DNA from: Clostridia bacterium
Lineage (GTDB): Bacteria > Bacillota > Clostridia > Christensenellales > UBA1242
Assembly (NCBI GenBank): GCA_017453125.1
Contig: JAFTKS010000007.1
Location: 28,361 to 92,360, forward strand
Direction of reading: 5' to 3'
Length of the DNA: 64,000 nucleotides
Below the pieces are notes generated by a model. It saw nothing but the letters and a program-made list of their open reading frames with translations. It had not been told where the DNA came from and searched no databases. The translations under genes were made by a program, and so were the position numbers. Positions 46,392 to 55,284 of this stretch are shown here, in pieces (the first letter of the stretch is position 1; every line of letters begins with the position of its first letter).

Positions 46392-49211
46392 ATGCTAGAA
46401 GATATTGTAATAAAAGGTGCTAAGGAAAATAATTTAAAAAATATTGATATAACTATTCCTAGGAACAAACTGGTTGTTTTTACTGGTGTTAGCGGAAGTG
46501 GAAAAAGTACACTCGCTTTTGATACGATTTTTGCTGAAGGGCAAAGGCGATATATGGAAAGCTTGTCTAGCTATGCCAGGCAGTTTTTAGGACAAATGTC
46601 AAAGCCTAATGTAGATAGTATTGATGGTTTGTCGCCAAGTATTTCTATAGATCAGAAAACTACTTCAAATAATCCTAGAAGTACTGTAGGAACGGTTACA
46701 GAAATATATGATTATTTAAGACTACTTTTTGCACACGTTGGTAAAGTATATTGTCCGCATTGTAAAAAGGAAATCAATACACAGTCTATTGATGTAATTG
46801 TTGATAAAATTATGGAGAATCAAGGTAAAAAGATAATTGTTCTTGCTAGTTTTGTCAAGGGTAAAAAGGGAACTTTTGCTACTGAACTTGATAATCTAAG
46901 AAAGATGGGATATGCAAGAGTTAATATTGATGGTAATGATTATACTTTGGACGAAGAGATAAAACTAGAAAAAAATATAAGGCATACAATTTATGTTGTT
47001 ATAGATAGACTTATAATTAAAGAAGATAGTTTGAAAAGATTGACCGAAAGTGTTGAGAGTGCAATTTCATTATCAAAGGGAACAGTTGATATTGATTGTG
47101 AAGGAGAGAAAATAATGTTTTCCACTACGCACTTCTGTGATGAATGTGGTTATAGTGTAGAGGAATTGGCTCCCAGATTGTTTAGTTTCAATTCACCATT
47201 TGGTGCTTGTGAGGATTGTAAGGGTTTAGGTTTTAGACAAGTTATAGATATAGATAAGGTTGTTACCGACAGATCTCAACCTATATCAAAATGTGGAGTA
47301 GGTCGTGTTGCTGGTTGGTCTTATGATGCAGGAATGGCACGAATGTTTTATAGAGCAGTTGCAAGAAAGTTCGGTGTTGATGTTGATATTCCTGTATGTG
47401 ATATGCCAAAAGGAATGCTAGATATGATACTCTATGGAACTAAAAAAGAAAAAATCGATATTGATTATGTAAAGTCAGGAAATACAGTTGTTGGTCAGAT
47501 GGCATTTGAGGGAATAATTCCTAATTTAGAGAGAAGGTATTATGAAAGTTCTAGCGAGTACGCAAAAGAAGAAATTGGCAAACTAATGATCGAAGAGCAT
47601 TGTACTTCTTGTAATGGAAAGAGGCTAAGACCAGAGGCGCTGAATGTATTCATTAACAAAAAGAACATTATTGATGTTTGTGATATGTCTATTGAAGAGT
47701 GTTTTGATTTTATGTCTAACTTGAAACTATCAAAAACAAATGAACAGATAGCGGAGCCAATACTGAAAGAAATTAAGGGTAGGTTGCAATTTTTACTTAA
47801 TGTTGGTCTTGATTATTTAACGTTGTCAAGAGCATCAGGAACGTTGAGTGGTGGTGAGTCTCAAAGGATAAGGTTGGCTACACAGATTGGAAGTGGGCTT
47901 ACTGGCGTTATATATATTTTAGATGAACCAAGTATTGGGTTGCATCAGAGGGATAATGATAAACTTCTTGATACATTAAAACATTTGCGTGATTTGGGGA
48001 ATACTGTAATAGTTGTAGAGCACGATGAAGACACTATGAAAATTGCGGATTTCATAGTAGATATTGGCAAATATGCGGGTGTTAATGGCGGAAACATAGT
48101 TGTTTGTGGTTCTTTAGATGATGTTGTTAGGTGTGAAGAGAGTTTGACTGGACAATTTTTAAGTGGAAAAAGAAGTATTGAAGTTCCTTGTGTGAGACGA
48201 AAGTCTACTGGAGCCATTGAAATAAAAGGGTGCAAGCATAATAATCTTAAGAATGTAGATTTGTCAATCCCAACGGGTGTGATAACTGTTGTGACAGGTG
48301 TGAGCGGTAGTGGGAAAAGTAGTCTTATAAATGAGACGCTTTATCCTATTGTGTTTAATCACATTAATAAGAGTGAGATGCCTGAGGGCAAACATAAGTC
48401 TGTAAAGGGTCTTGAGAATGTAGACAAAGTCATTAATATTGATCAGTCTCCAATTGGTAGAACTCCACGAAGCAATCCTGCAACGTATACAAATGTGTTT
48501 ACTGATATACGACAACTTTATGCGATGACACAGGACGCAAAAGAAAAGGGTTATAGCAGTGGTAGGTTTAGTTTCAATATAAGTGGTGGCAGATGTGAGG
48601 CTTGCGGGGGTGCTGGTATTCGAAAGATTGAAATGTTTTTCTTACCTGATGTATATGTGACTTGCGATGTTTGTCATGGTCATAGATACAATAGAGAAAC
48701 ACTTGATGTGAAATTTAAAGGAAAGAGTATTTCAGATGTTTTGAATATGACAATTTCTGAAGCTAGAGATTTCTTTGAGAATATTCCAAAAATAAAAAAC
48801 AAATTGCAAACGCTTGTAGATGTTGGGCTTGGGTATATCAAGCTTGGTCAACCAGCTACGGAATTAAGTGGTGGCGAGGCTCAGAGAGTAAAGCTTGCAA
48901 CTGAATTGTGTAAACGCAGTACCGGAAAGTCTCTTTATATTTTAGATGAACCAACAACTGGTTTGCATTTGTATGATGTACAGAAATTGATGCTCATACT
49001 TAATAGATTGGTTGAGGGTGGAAATTCAATAGTTATTATTGAACATAATCTTGATGTTATTAAGTGTGCGGATTATATAATTGATGTTGGCATGGAAGGG
49101 GGACATCGTGGTGGTGAAATTATCTCTACAGGTACTCCAGAAGAGATTGTAGAAAAAAATATTGGTTATACTGCTAAATATTTAAAAGATAAATTAAATA
49201 CTAAGAAATAA
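46392..49211 (+). CDS. uvrA: Excinuclease ABC subunit A
   Basis: Two ABC modules (GVSGSGKSTLAFDT, GVSGSGKSSLINET), LSGGE signatures and zinc-finger Cys clusters. Confidence 0.98.
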   Translation: MLEDIVIKGAKENNLKNIDITIPRNKLVVFTGVSGSGKSTLAFDTIFAEGQRRYMESLSSYARQFLGQMSKPNVDSIDGLSPSISIDQKTTSNNPRSTVGTVTEIYDYLRLLFAHVGKVYCPHCKKEINTQSIDVIVDKIMENQGKKIIVLASFVKGKKGTFATELDNLRKMGYARVNIDGNDYTLDEEIKLEKNIRHTIYVVIDRLIIKEDSLKRLTESVESAISLSKGTVDIDCEGEKIMFSTTHFCDECGYSVEELAPRLFSFNSPFGACEDCKGLGFRQVIDIDKVVTDRSQPISKCGVGRVAGWSYDAGMARMFYRAVARKFGVDVDIPVCDMPKGMLDMILYGTKKEKIDIDYVKSGNTVVGQMAFEGIIPNLERRYYESSSEYAKEEIGKLMIEEHCTSCNGKRLRPEALNVFINKKNIIDVCDMSIEECFDFMSNLKLSKTNEQIAEPILKEIKGRLQFLLNVGLDYLTLSRASGTLSGGESQRIRLATQIGSGLTGVIYILDEPSIGLHQRDNDKLLDTLKHLRDLGNTVIVVEHDEDTMKIADFIVDIGKYAGVNGGNIVVCGSLDDVVRCEESLTGQFLSGKRSIEVPCVRRKSTGAIEIKGCKHNNLKNVDLSIPTGVITVVTGVSGSGKSSLINETLYPIVFNHINKSEMPEGKHKSVKGLENVDKVINIDQSPIGRTPRSNPATYTNVFTDIRQLYAMTQDAKEKGYSSGRFSFNISGGRCEACGGAGIRKIEMFFLPDVYVTCDVCHGHRYNRETLDVKFKGKSISDVLNMTISEARDFFENIPKIKNKLQTLVDVGLGYIKLGQPATELSGGEAQRVKLATELCKRSTGKSLYILDEPTTGLHLYDVQKLMLILNRLVEGGNSIVIIEHNLDVIKCADYIIDVGMEGGHRGGEIISTGTPEEIVEKNIGYTAKYLKDKLNTKK

Positions 49212-49222
49212 AATAATTGTAA

Positions 49223-49261
49223 GAAAAAAAGAATCGATAACACAAATCGATTCTTTTTTTA
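49223..49261. terminator. Bidirectional terminator (uvrA / convergent DUF4363 gene)
   Basis: AGAATCGAT-N7-ATCGATTCT flanked by A8 and T7. Confidence 0.85.
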
Positions 49262-49310
49262 ATATACTATGCAATATTAAAATTAAGCCTTAGTTAAGGA
49301 ATTTTTATAT

Positions 49311-49700
49311 TTAAAAAATATTATTTATGTCAAAGCCCATAATGTGATTGTTTTTTGATGAATAATATTTAAGAAGGGCTAATTCGGCTATTGCGTTGTC
49401 ATAGTCGTTGTTTTTTGTATAAGCTTGAAGTCTATTGAAACTATCGGTAATAACAGATAAGTCTCGATGGTTAAACAAATAACACAACCATTCTTCTTTT
49501 TTCATCCAGAACTCTTTTATGTCGCCAATTGTGTCGTAGTATTCTGTAATTTCTTTTTCGCTTAATTCGTATTGTCTGCTCAGGTCTATGATTGTATTTT
49601 CCATAGTTGTTAGGATTTTACTAACCCAAATTATTTCGAATATTCCAAATGTTATGATTGTGATTAAGATACAAATAATTATAATTGCTTTTTTCACCAT
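49311..49700 (-). CDS. DUF4363-like small membrane-anchored protein
   Basis: N-terminal TM and a ~130-aa size. Overlaps and follows a DUF421 gene, which is the usual pairing in Firmicutes. Confidence 0.5.
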   Translation of the reverse strand: MVKKAIIIICILITIITFGIFEIIWVSKILTTMENTIIDLSRQYELSEKEITEYYDTIGDIKEFWMKKEEWLCYLFNHRDLSVITDSFNRLQAYTKNNDYDNAIAELALLKYYSSKNNHIMGFDINNIF

Positions 49701-50413
49701 TCACCCCCAGTATGATTGCTTTCTATACAGGTGTATTTGCCGTGACGAGGTTGAAGATAGATTTTGCCTAGGTTGTTGATTGTCATAATAAGTATGTCTT
49801 TTATATTTTCAACTCCAGCTTTTTTCGATTGTTCTTTTATAAAAGTTTCATCAATTTTTGCAAGGTTCATATTTTCTTTGTTGATTTTCCCTTTTGTAAC
49901 AATAATTATTGGTAATGTTGCTTGGTCTTTTTCAATTTTTAAATCACTTGCTGTAAGAGGGGTGAATGGTGCTCTATTTACACACGCAAGTGTTCCGTTT
50001 GTTTGTAATATTACGTATAGTAGTTCTTCGAGATTAAAATATCCGGCGTTATGAATTCCTTCCGTTAGGTCGTTGAAGTTCATATTTACTTTTCGTAAGT
50101 TTTCAAAATTCACTCCGTTTGGGTCAAGCAAAATTACAGGCTTACCGCTGAATATTTTTCTAAAATACACACTTTTTCTTGAAAGTAAACATATAAAATA
50201 GTGAACACAAACAAGGGTGAGAAGTGGAATTATTCCTTGAATAAGCGGAAGTTGTGTTTCTGCCATTGGAATAGTTGCAAGGTCGGCGATGATTAATGTG
50301 ATTACAAGTTCAAACGGTTGCATTTCGCCTATTTGACGCTTGCCCATTATTCTTATTAAAAATAGTATTAGTCCGTATAAAATTAGACTTCTGCAAATTA
50401 ATGTAAATGTCAT
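49694..50413 (-). CDS. DUF421 (YetF-like) membrane protein
   Basis: IMGKRQIGEMQPFELVITLIIADLA signature and 3 TM helices plus a soluble C-terminal domain. Confidence 0.7.
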   Translation of the reverse strand: MTFTLICRSLILYGLILFLIRIMGKRQIGEMQPFELVITLIIADLATIPMAETQLPLIQGIIPLLTLVCVHYFICLLSRKSVYFRKIFSGKPVILLDPNGVNFENLRKVNMNFNDLTEGIHNAGYFNLEELLYVILQTNGTLACVNRAPFTPLTASDLKIEKDQATLPIIIVTKGKINKENMNLAKIDETFIKEQSKKAGVENIKDILIMTINNLGKIYLQPRHGKYTCIESNHTGGEW

Positions 50414-50474
50414 ATGGATTACCTCTAATAAATTTTTGACAAATTATATTTTTTTAAAACCTTTTGGAGTGAGT

Positions 50475-51074
50475 ATGAATGAGATTGTGTCGTCCGATAT
50501 AAGTTCTTTGAAGTCTATTGGTGATAATAATCATCTAATCAATGTTAAGTTTGTTGGTGATAATATTGTAATTGGAAATAATGTAACAATGAAAAACGTG
50601 GTAGTTGCGAGTGGTTCAATTATAACTGATAGTTATTTGGAAGATTGTTTGATAGGTAAATGTTGTTCTGTTGGTCCATATTCAAGAATTAGAAATAATA
50701 GCAATATTGGTGATGATTGTAGAATTGGGAATTTTGTTGAGATAAAAAATAGTCAATTGGGCAATGGGGTTAAGGTTGCGCATCTATCGTATATTGGAGA
50801 TGCTATTGTCGGAGACAAAACAAATATTGGTTGTGGGGTAGTTTTTGCTAACTATAATGGCATTTCAAAAAATATAAGCGTTGTTGGTAAAAATTGTTTT
50901 TTAGGGTCTAATGTGAATATAATTGCTCCTGTTAATATAGCTGAAGATACATTTGTATGTGCTGGCTCTACAATTACAAAAGATACAAAGTGTGGGGATT
51001 TTGTAATTGGGCGAGTTAAATGTGAGGTGAAAGATAAGTATTCTTATTATTTAAAAAACAAGAAAAATAAATAG
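50475..51074 (+). CDS. Stand-alone left-handed beta-helix acetyltransferase homologous to the GlmU C-terminal domain
   Basis: Colinear with the GlmU C-terminus: VGPYSRIRNNSNIGDDCRIGNFVEIKNSQLGNGVKVAHLSYIGDAIVGDKTNIGCGVVFANYNG...GSNVNIIAPVNI. There is no uridyltransferase domain. Start at ATG 50475. Confidence 0.7.
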   Translation: MNEIVSSDISSLKSIGDNNHLINVKFVGDNIVIGNNVTMKNVVVASGSIITDSYLEDCLIGKCCSVGPYSRIRNNSNIGDDCRIGNFVEIKNSQLGNGVKVAHLSYIGDAIVGDKTNIGCGVVFANYNGISKNISVVGKNCFLGSNVNIIAPVNIAEDTFVCAGSTITKDTKCGDFVIGRVKCEVKDKYSYYLKNKKNK

Positions 51075-51106
51075 ATTTTTAAATAGTCTTGTGGTAGACT
51101 AAGAAT

Positions 51107-52456
51107 ATGGAATTGAAGATATTAAGATTAGGTATTAATGGCGAAGGTGTTGCAAAAATACCAGAAGGAAATAATCAAGATAAAATATGCTTTGTCGAGA
51201 AGGCTTTGCCAGATGAAGTTGTTAATGTTAATATTACGAATGAGAAAAAGTCATTTTGTACGGCAAGTGTAGTTGATATAAAAAGTAAGTCTGCCAATCG
51301 CATAGCTCCAAAGTGTCCTTATTTTGGAAAATGTGGTGGGTGTGATATTCAACATATGGACAAGCCTTTGCAGGAAGAGTTTAAAACAAATTTAGTCAAA
51401 GATGCTGTTTGTAGAACGCTAAAAAATAATTTTCAAGTTCAAGATGTTGTTCGTGTCAACGATTTTTATTATAGAAACAAAATGGTGTTTCCAATTACGG
51501 GAGATATTGGAAATATAACAATTGGAATGTTTAGAGCTAACTCTCATCAAGTAGTTGATATCGATAAATGTATTTTGGCAAAAGATGAGATAAATAAAGT
51601 TCTACAATTGACTAAAGATTATTTTAATTGTTCCAAGTATTCGGGATATGATTTTTTAAAGAAAAAAGGTATTCTAAAATATTTGGTCGTTCGTAGCAAA
51701 TCAGAACAAATCCTTGTAACTATTGTTGCAACCAAGAAAATTGATTTGAAACAATATTATGAAATGTTAGAAAGAAACTTCTCAAAAGTTGGGGTTTCTA
51801 TTATTGTAAGCAATAATGATAATGAAATCTTGTCAGGTAATTACATTTACCAATATGGTATTAAGGGAATAGATATTGTTGAATTTGGTGTTAAATATTG
51901 TGTAGACAATAGAGGTTTTTTGCAAGTAAATGATGATATAAAACAGTATTTGTATGAAAAGATTTTGGGTTTTGTTGATTCAGATGATTGTGTGATAGAT
52001 GCATATAGTGGAGCAGGGTTATTGTCGTCTATAGTTGCAAAGAAGTGCAAAAAAGTGATTGGTATAGAAATAAATAAAAGTGCTAGTCAATCTGCCAAAA
52101 ACTTGGCAAGAGATAATGTGTTAAATAACGTTGATTTTATCAATGACGATGTAGAGATAGTTTTGGAAGATTCGATAAGAAAATATGCTCCAAGTGTATT
52201 AATTTTAGATCCGCCAAGAAGTGGGTGTTCAATGGGTGTCTTAAAAATAATAAATAATAGTATTATGCAAAATCAAAAAACAACCCAAAATAAAGGCATA
52301 AATAAATTAATTTATGTATCGTGTAATCTTGCAACATTGATGAGGGACTTGAAGGAATTGACATTATCTTTTGATATAAAATATCTCCAACCTTTTGATA
52401 TGTTTCCACAGACAAAGCACATAGAAACACTCGTTTGCTTGCAAAGACGAGTGTGA
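51107..52456 (+). CDS. rlmD: 23S rRNA (uracil-5-)-methyltransferase RlmD/RumA
   Basis: TRAM domain, Fe-S Cys cluster CPYFGKCGGCDIQH, SAM motif DAYSGAG, DPPRSG, and catalytic YVSCN. Confidence 0.9.
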   Translation: MELKILRLGINGEGVAKIPEGNNQDKICFVEKALPDEVVNVNITNEKKSFCTASVVDIKSKSANRIAPKCPYFGKCGGCDIQHMDKPLQEEFKTNLVKDAVCRTLKNNFQVQDVVRVNDFYYRNKMVFPITGDIGNITIGMFRANSHQVVDIDKCILAKDEINKVLQLTKDYFNCSKYSGYDFLKKKGILKYLVVRSKSEQILVTIVATKKIDLKQYYEMLERNFSKVGVSIIVSNNDNEILSGNYIYQYGIKGIDIVEFGVKYCVDNRGFLQVNDDIKQYLYEKILGFVDSDDCVIDAYSGAGLLSSIVAKKCKKVIGIEINKSASQSAKNLARDNVLNNVDFINDDVEIVLEDSIRKYAPSVLILDPPRSGCSMGVLKIINNSIMQNQKTTQNKGINKLIYVSCNLATLMRDLKELTLSFDIKYLQPFDMFPQTKHIETLVCLQRRV

Positions 52457-52468
52457 AGAATGTGTTTG
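52397..52468 (+). repeat. rlmD 3'-end repeat, copy A (live gene end)
   Basis: 72 nt matching copy C with 5 mismatches, three of them synonymous. The 42-nt identical core at 52415-52456 ends exactly at the stop codon. Confidence 0.9.
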
Positions 52469-52470
52469 AA

Positions 52471-52491
52471 CTCTCGCCCTCGGCGCGAGAG
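52471..52491 (+). other. GC-rich hairpin just after rlmD stop
   Basis: CTCTCGC-CCTCGGC-GCGAGAG. There is no T-run after it. Confidence 0.5.
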
Positions 52492-52516
52492 CAATATATG
52501 TCTGAAGGTGGAGAAA

Positions 52517-52569
52517 ATATGTTTCCACAGACAAAACATGTTGAAACGCTAGTTGTTATGAAAAGGAAG
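52517..52569 (+). repeat. rlmD 3'-end repeat, copy B (diverged)
   Basis: ATATGTTTCCACAGACAAA is identical to copy A and then diverges. It would encode MFPQTKHVETLVVMKRKEF, against MFPQTKHIETLVCLQRRV in the live gene. Confidence 0.8.
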
Positions 52570-52580
52570 GAATTTTAATT

Positions 52581-52895
52581 ATGCAATTAACCGATGAAGA
52601 AGAACAAATAAAAGAAGTAATTATCTCTGCAAGAAAATTAGAAGAATTTTTATGGGGAGAATACAATGGTCAATGGAACATTGAAGAGTGGCGAAGAATG
52701 TTCAGAAAGCGTATTCAAAAGATTGATGATATTGATGTAAATAATCCTCATGCAAAAATTGAAATGAGAAAAAGGTTGTTACAAAATGCAGCACTAAGCG
52801 TTGCGTTAATGAAAATTATTGACGATAAAGGAATTCCAACAAATAAATGTGATATTCCGAGTAATTTGCCTCAATATGCTCATAAAGATAAATAG
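52581..52895 (+). CDS. Hypothetical protein (104 aa), cargo between rlmD-end repeats
   Basis: ORF with a GGAAGG RBS. The stop abuts copy C. No recognisable motif. Confidence 0.5.
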   Translation: MQLTDEEEQIKEVIISARKLEEFLWGEYNGQWNIEEWRRMFRKRIQKIDDIDVNNPHAKIEMRKRLLQNAALSVALMKIIDDKGIPTNKCDIPSNLPQYAHKDK

Positions 52896-52966
52896 ATATG
52901 TTTCCTCAAACTAAGCACATAGAAACACTCGTTTGCTTGCAAAGACGAGTGTGAGAAATGTGTTTG
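52895..52966 (+). repeat. rlmD 3'-end repeat, copy C (displaced)
   Basis: Encodes the same DMFPQTKHIETLVCLQRRV-stop as copy A. It is followed by the likely original terminator. Confidence 0.9.
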
Positions 52967-53016
52967 GTGGATTCTTGTGAATGGTGTTATATTGTTCTTT
53001 GATTGTTTTTGTGTAT

Positions 53017-53041
53017 GTCGAGGGTTTCTCGACTTTTTTTT
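53017..53041 (+). terminator. Rho-independent terminator
   Basis: GTCGAG-GGTTT-CTCGAC followed by T8. Confidence 0.8.
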
Positions 53042-53112
53042 CGTGTTTATTTTGCTTTTATAATTTTATCAGTTGTGTTAGAATTATAGTAATAATGATA
53101 TTAGGAGAAAAA

Positions 53113-54087
53113 ATGAAAAAGGTTAATTTCGCCGTTAGTTTAGGTAGTAATGTAACGTCAATATATAAGGCAGGTGTTGGTGTTGTGCTTTCAGATAAGA
53201 GTGCAATAGTTACAACGCTAAAAGGTAAAAAAGAAGTTGCTATGTATGTTGGTGAGGATGCGATTACTAGTGGTTTTGAATATAAGAAGGTCTTTAGTGA
53301 TGGTAAAATAGATTTTTCGCTTGCGGAGCTTTTATTATGGGAGTTCTTTAAAAAAATCGAGATTGGTAAGCGTGATGGAGTTGTTTTCTTTGTTGCTCTT
53401 GATGATATGAAATTTGAGGCTGAGTATAGAAATTTGGCTTATTCTCTTGGTGTTAATACTGTTTATGTCTTGCCTTCAATTCTAGCAACTACGTATGGGT
53501 TTGAAATAGAAAATATAAGAAAGTCGTTTTTGCTATGTGATATTGGTGTTAATACTGAAGTTGCTATTATTAATAATGGTAGGCTTATAACTGGTGCAAC
53601 CATTCAAAATGGTGGAGAGAATATTGACAATAGAATTAAAGAGTATATCTTGGAAGAAAAGGGAATTGATCTTACAAAAGAATCTGCTGAGAAAGTTAAG
53701 AACGAACTTGCTACACTCCTTCCTAATGATGAGAGAAGTATTGTTGTCGGAGGGTTTATAAAAGATACTACAGAATATTCTTCGGTAACTATCACTAGCA
53801 ACGAAATATTTGGAATTGTTGTTGAAGAGTATAGTGCTATTTCTTCGGCTATACTGCAAGTATTATCTTCCTGTAATAATGAGATAAATCAAGATGTGAA
53901 GAAACACGGAATATATTTGTGTGGCGCATCTAGTAAAATTGTTGGAATTGAAAAATTCTTTAAGGTAAAACTTGATTTGGATTCTATAAGCTATAGGCCA
54001 GAGGCTGTTACTATGATTGGTGCGGGGCAGTTGCTAGATAGTCCAATTGCTATGGAGAAGGTAATTCTTGAAAATGGTTGTAATTAA
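53113..54087 (+). CDS. Divergent MreB/Mbl-like actin-fold protein
   Basis: Colinear with MreB (LCDIGVNTEVAIINNGRLITGATIQNGGENID against [31 protein letters not shown]). The phosphate-binding motifs are altered: DLGT to SLGS, GGGTT to GVNT, TGGGA to CGASS. Start at ATG 53113 after AGGAGA. Confidence 0.65.
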   Translation: MKKVNFAVSLGSNVTSIYKAGVGVVLSDKSAIVTTLKGKKEVAMYVGEDAITSGFEYKKVFSDGKIDFSLAELLLWEFFKKIEIGKRDGVVFFVALDDMKFEAEYRNLAYSLGVNTVYVLPSILATTYGFEIENIRKSFLLCDIGVNTEVAIINNGRLITGATIQNGGENIDNRIKEYILEEKGIDLTKESAEKVKNELATLLPNDERSIVVGGFIKDTTEYSSVTITSNEIFGIVVEEYSAISSAILQVLSSCNNEINQDVKKHGIYLCGASSKIVGIEKFFKVKLDLDSISYRPEAVTMIGAGQLLDSPIAMEKVILENGCN

Positions 54088-54212
54088 TTTGTTATTTTGA
54101 AATAATTGTGGGTTTTTTGTAAAATGTAAAAAAATGTAAAGTATGCAAACTTTTGTGTGCTTTACTTTTTTTATTTTTAACGATATAATTTCGAAAAAAA
54201 TCAAGGTGAAAG

Positions 54213-55007
54213 ATGGTAAGAAGAATTGTTTTTACAAGTGGAAAAGGTGGAGTTGGAAAGACTACAATTGTATCTTCTTTGGGTGTTGTTCTTGCAAGGA
54301 AAGGTTATAAGGTTCTTCTTGTAGATATGGATTTTGGACTCAATAATCTAGATGTTGTTATGGGTGTGGAGAATAAGATTGTTTATGATATAATTGATGT
54401 TATTGAGGAAAAGTGTGTTGCAAAACAGGCGTTAATACAGGACTTTTTCGAGAATAATTTGTTTGTTTTGCCAAGTACTCGTGGTTATTGCAAAAGAAAA
54501 TTTGGTTCTCAAGAATTAATAAAGATAATTTCTGAGGTTGAGATTGGGTTTGATTTTGTTTTGATAGATTGTCCTGCTGGTATTGATGGTGGATTTAGGC
54601 GTGCGGTTGAATGTGCGGGTGAGCATATTGTTGTGACAACTCCTCATATATCAGCAATTAGAGATGCCGATAAAATAGTTAATTGTTTGATTGGGAATTT
54701 GGGAGTTTCTCCTAAGGTTGTTATTAATAGGATTAGGGGGGATTTGGTTGTTGGAGATAGAATGTTGGGTGTTGATGATATATCCGAATTTCTTGGTGGT
54801 GAAGTGATTGGAGCTGTTCCTGAAGACGACAGTGTTGCATTGCAATTATATTTCGGTGGGCATATTGAAAAGTGTTCGAGTGTTGACGATTCGTTGAATA
54901 TGGTTGCGGATAACTTGATAAATGGAACGGGAAAATTGTTTGATTGTACTAAAAAATACAAAGGTTTTGTTGGTGGAATTAGAAGAAAAATTAGAGGACG
55001 GGTTTGA
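54213..55007 (+). CDS. minD: Septum site-determining ATPase MinD
   Basis: Deviant Walker A SGKGGVGKTT, DCPAG, and size and neighbourhood with minE. Confidence 0.9.
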   Translation: MVRRIVFTSGKGGVGKTTIVSSLGVVLARKGYKVLLVDMDFGLNNLDVVMGVENKIVYDIIDVIEEKCVAKQALIQDFFENNLFVLPSTRGYCKRKFGSQELIKIISEVEIGFDFVLIDCPAGIDGGFRRAVECAGEHIVVTTPHISAIRDADKIVNCLIGNLGVSPKVVINRIRGDLVVGDRMLGVDDISEFLGGEVIGAVPEDDSVALQLYFGGHIEKCSSVDDSLNMVADNLINGTGKLFDCTKKYKGFVGGIRRKIRGRV

Positions 55008-55250
55008 GTGAATATTGTTAGTTGCAAGGACAGGTTGTCAAAAATGTCTATTATGGATAAGAAAGAAGTTCCGCAGAGGGTAAATAAAATTTTAAAGGCT
55101 GAATTGTTGTATGTCTTAAAAAACTTCTTTGATATATCGTCAGAGGATATTTGTTTGGAAATATCTGTTGATAAAAATAGAAGATATGTTTTAGATGTAC
55201 ATATGACTTCTAAAAATATAAAAAGTATAAGGTCTTTTGCGGAAGTGTAG
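55008..55250 (+). CDS. minE: Cell-division topological specificity factor MinE
   Basis: 80 aa directly abutting the minD stop. KDRL motif and a C-terminal L..E...V..K....S.....V pattern. GTG start. Confidence 0.65.
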   Translation: MNIVSCKDRLSKMSIMDKKEVPQRVNKILKAELLYVLKNFFDISSEDICLEISVDKNRRYVLDVHMTSKNIKSIRSFAEV

Positions 55251-55284
55251 TTATAAATAAAAAAGGACAAGCATATTAGATAGT

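Noticed and set aside
52981-53112. Upstream 44-codon extension of the MreB-like ORF (MVLYCSLIVFVYVEGFSTFF...)
   Set aside because: The extension contains the rlmD terminator hairpin and T-run and has a Cys/Phe-rich nonsense composition. A strong AGGAGA RBS precedes ATG 53113.
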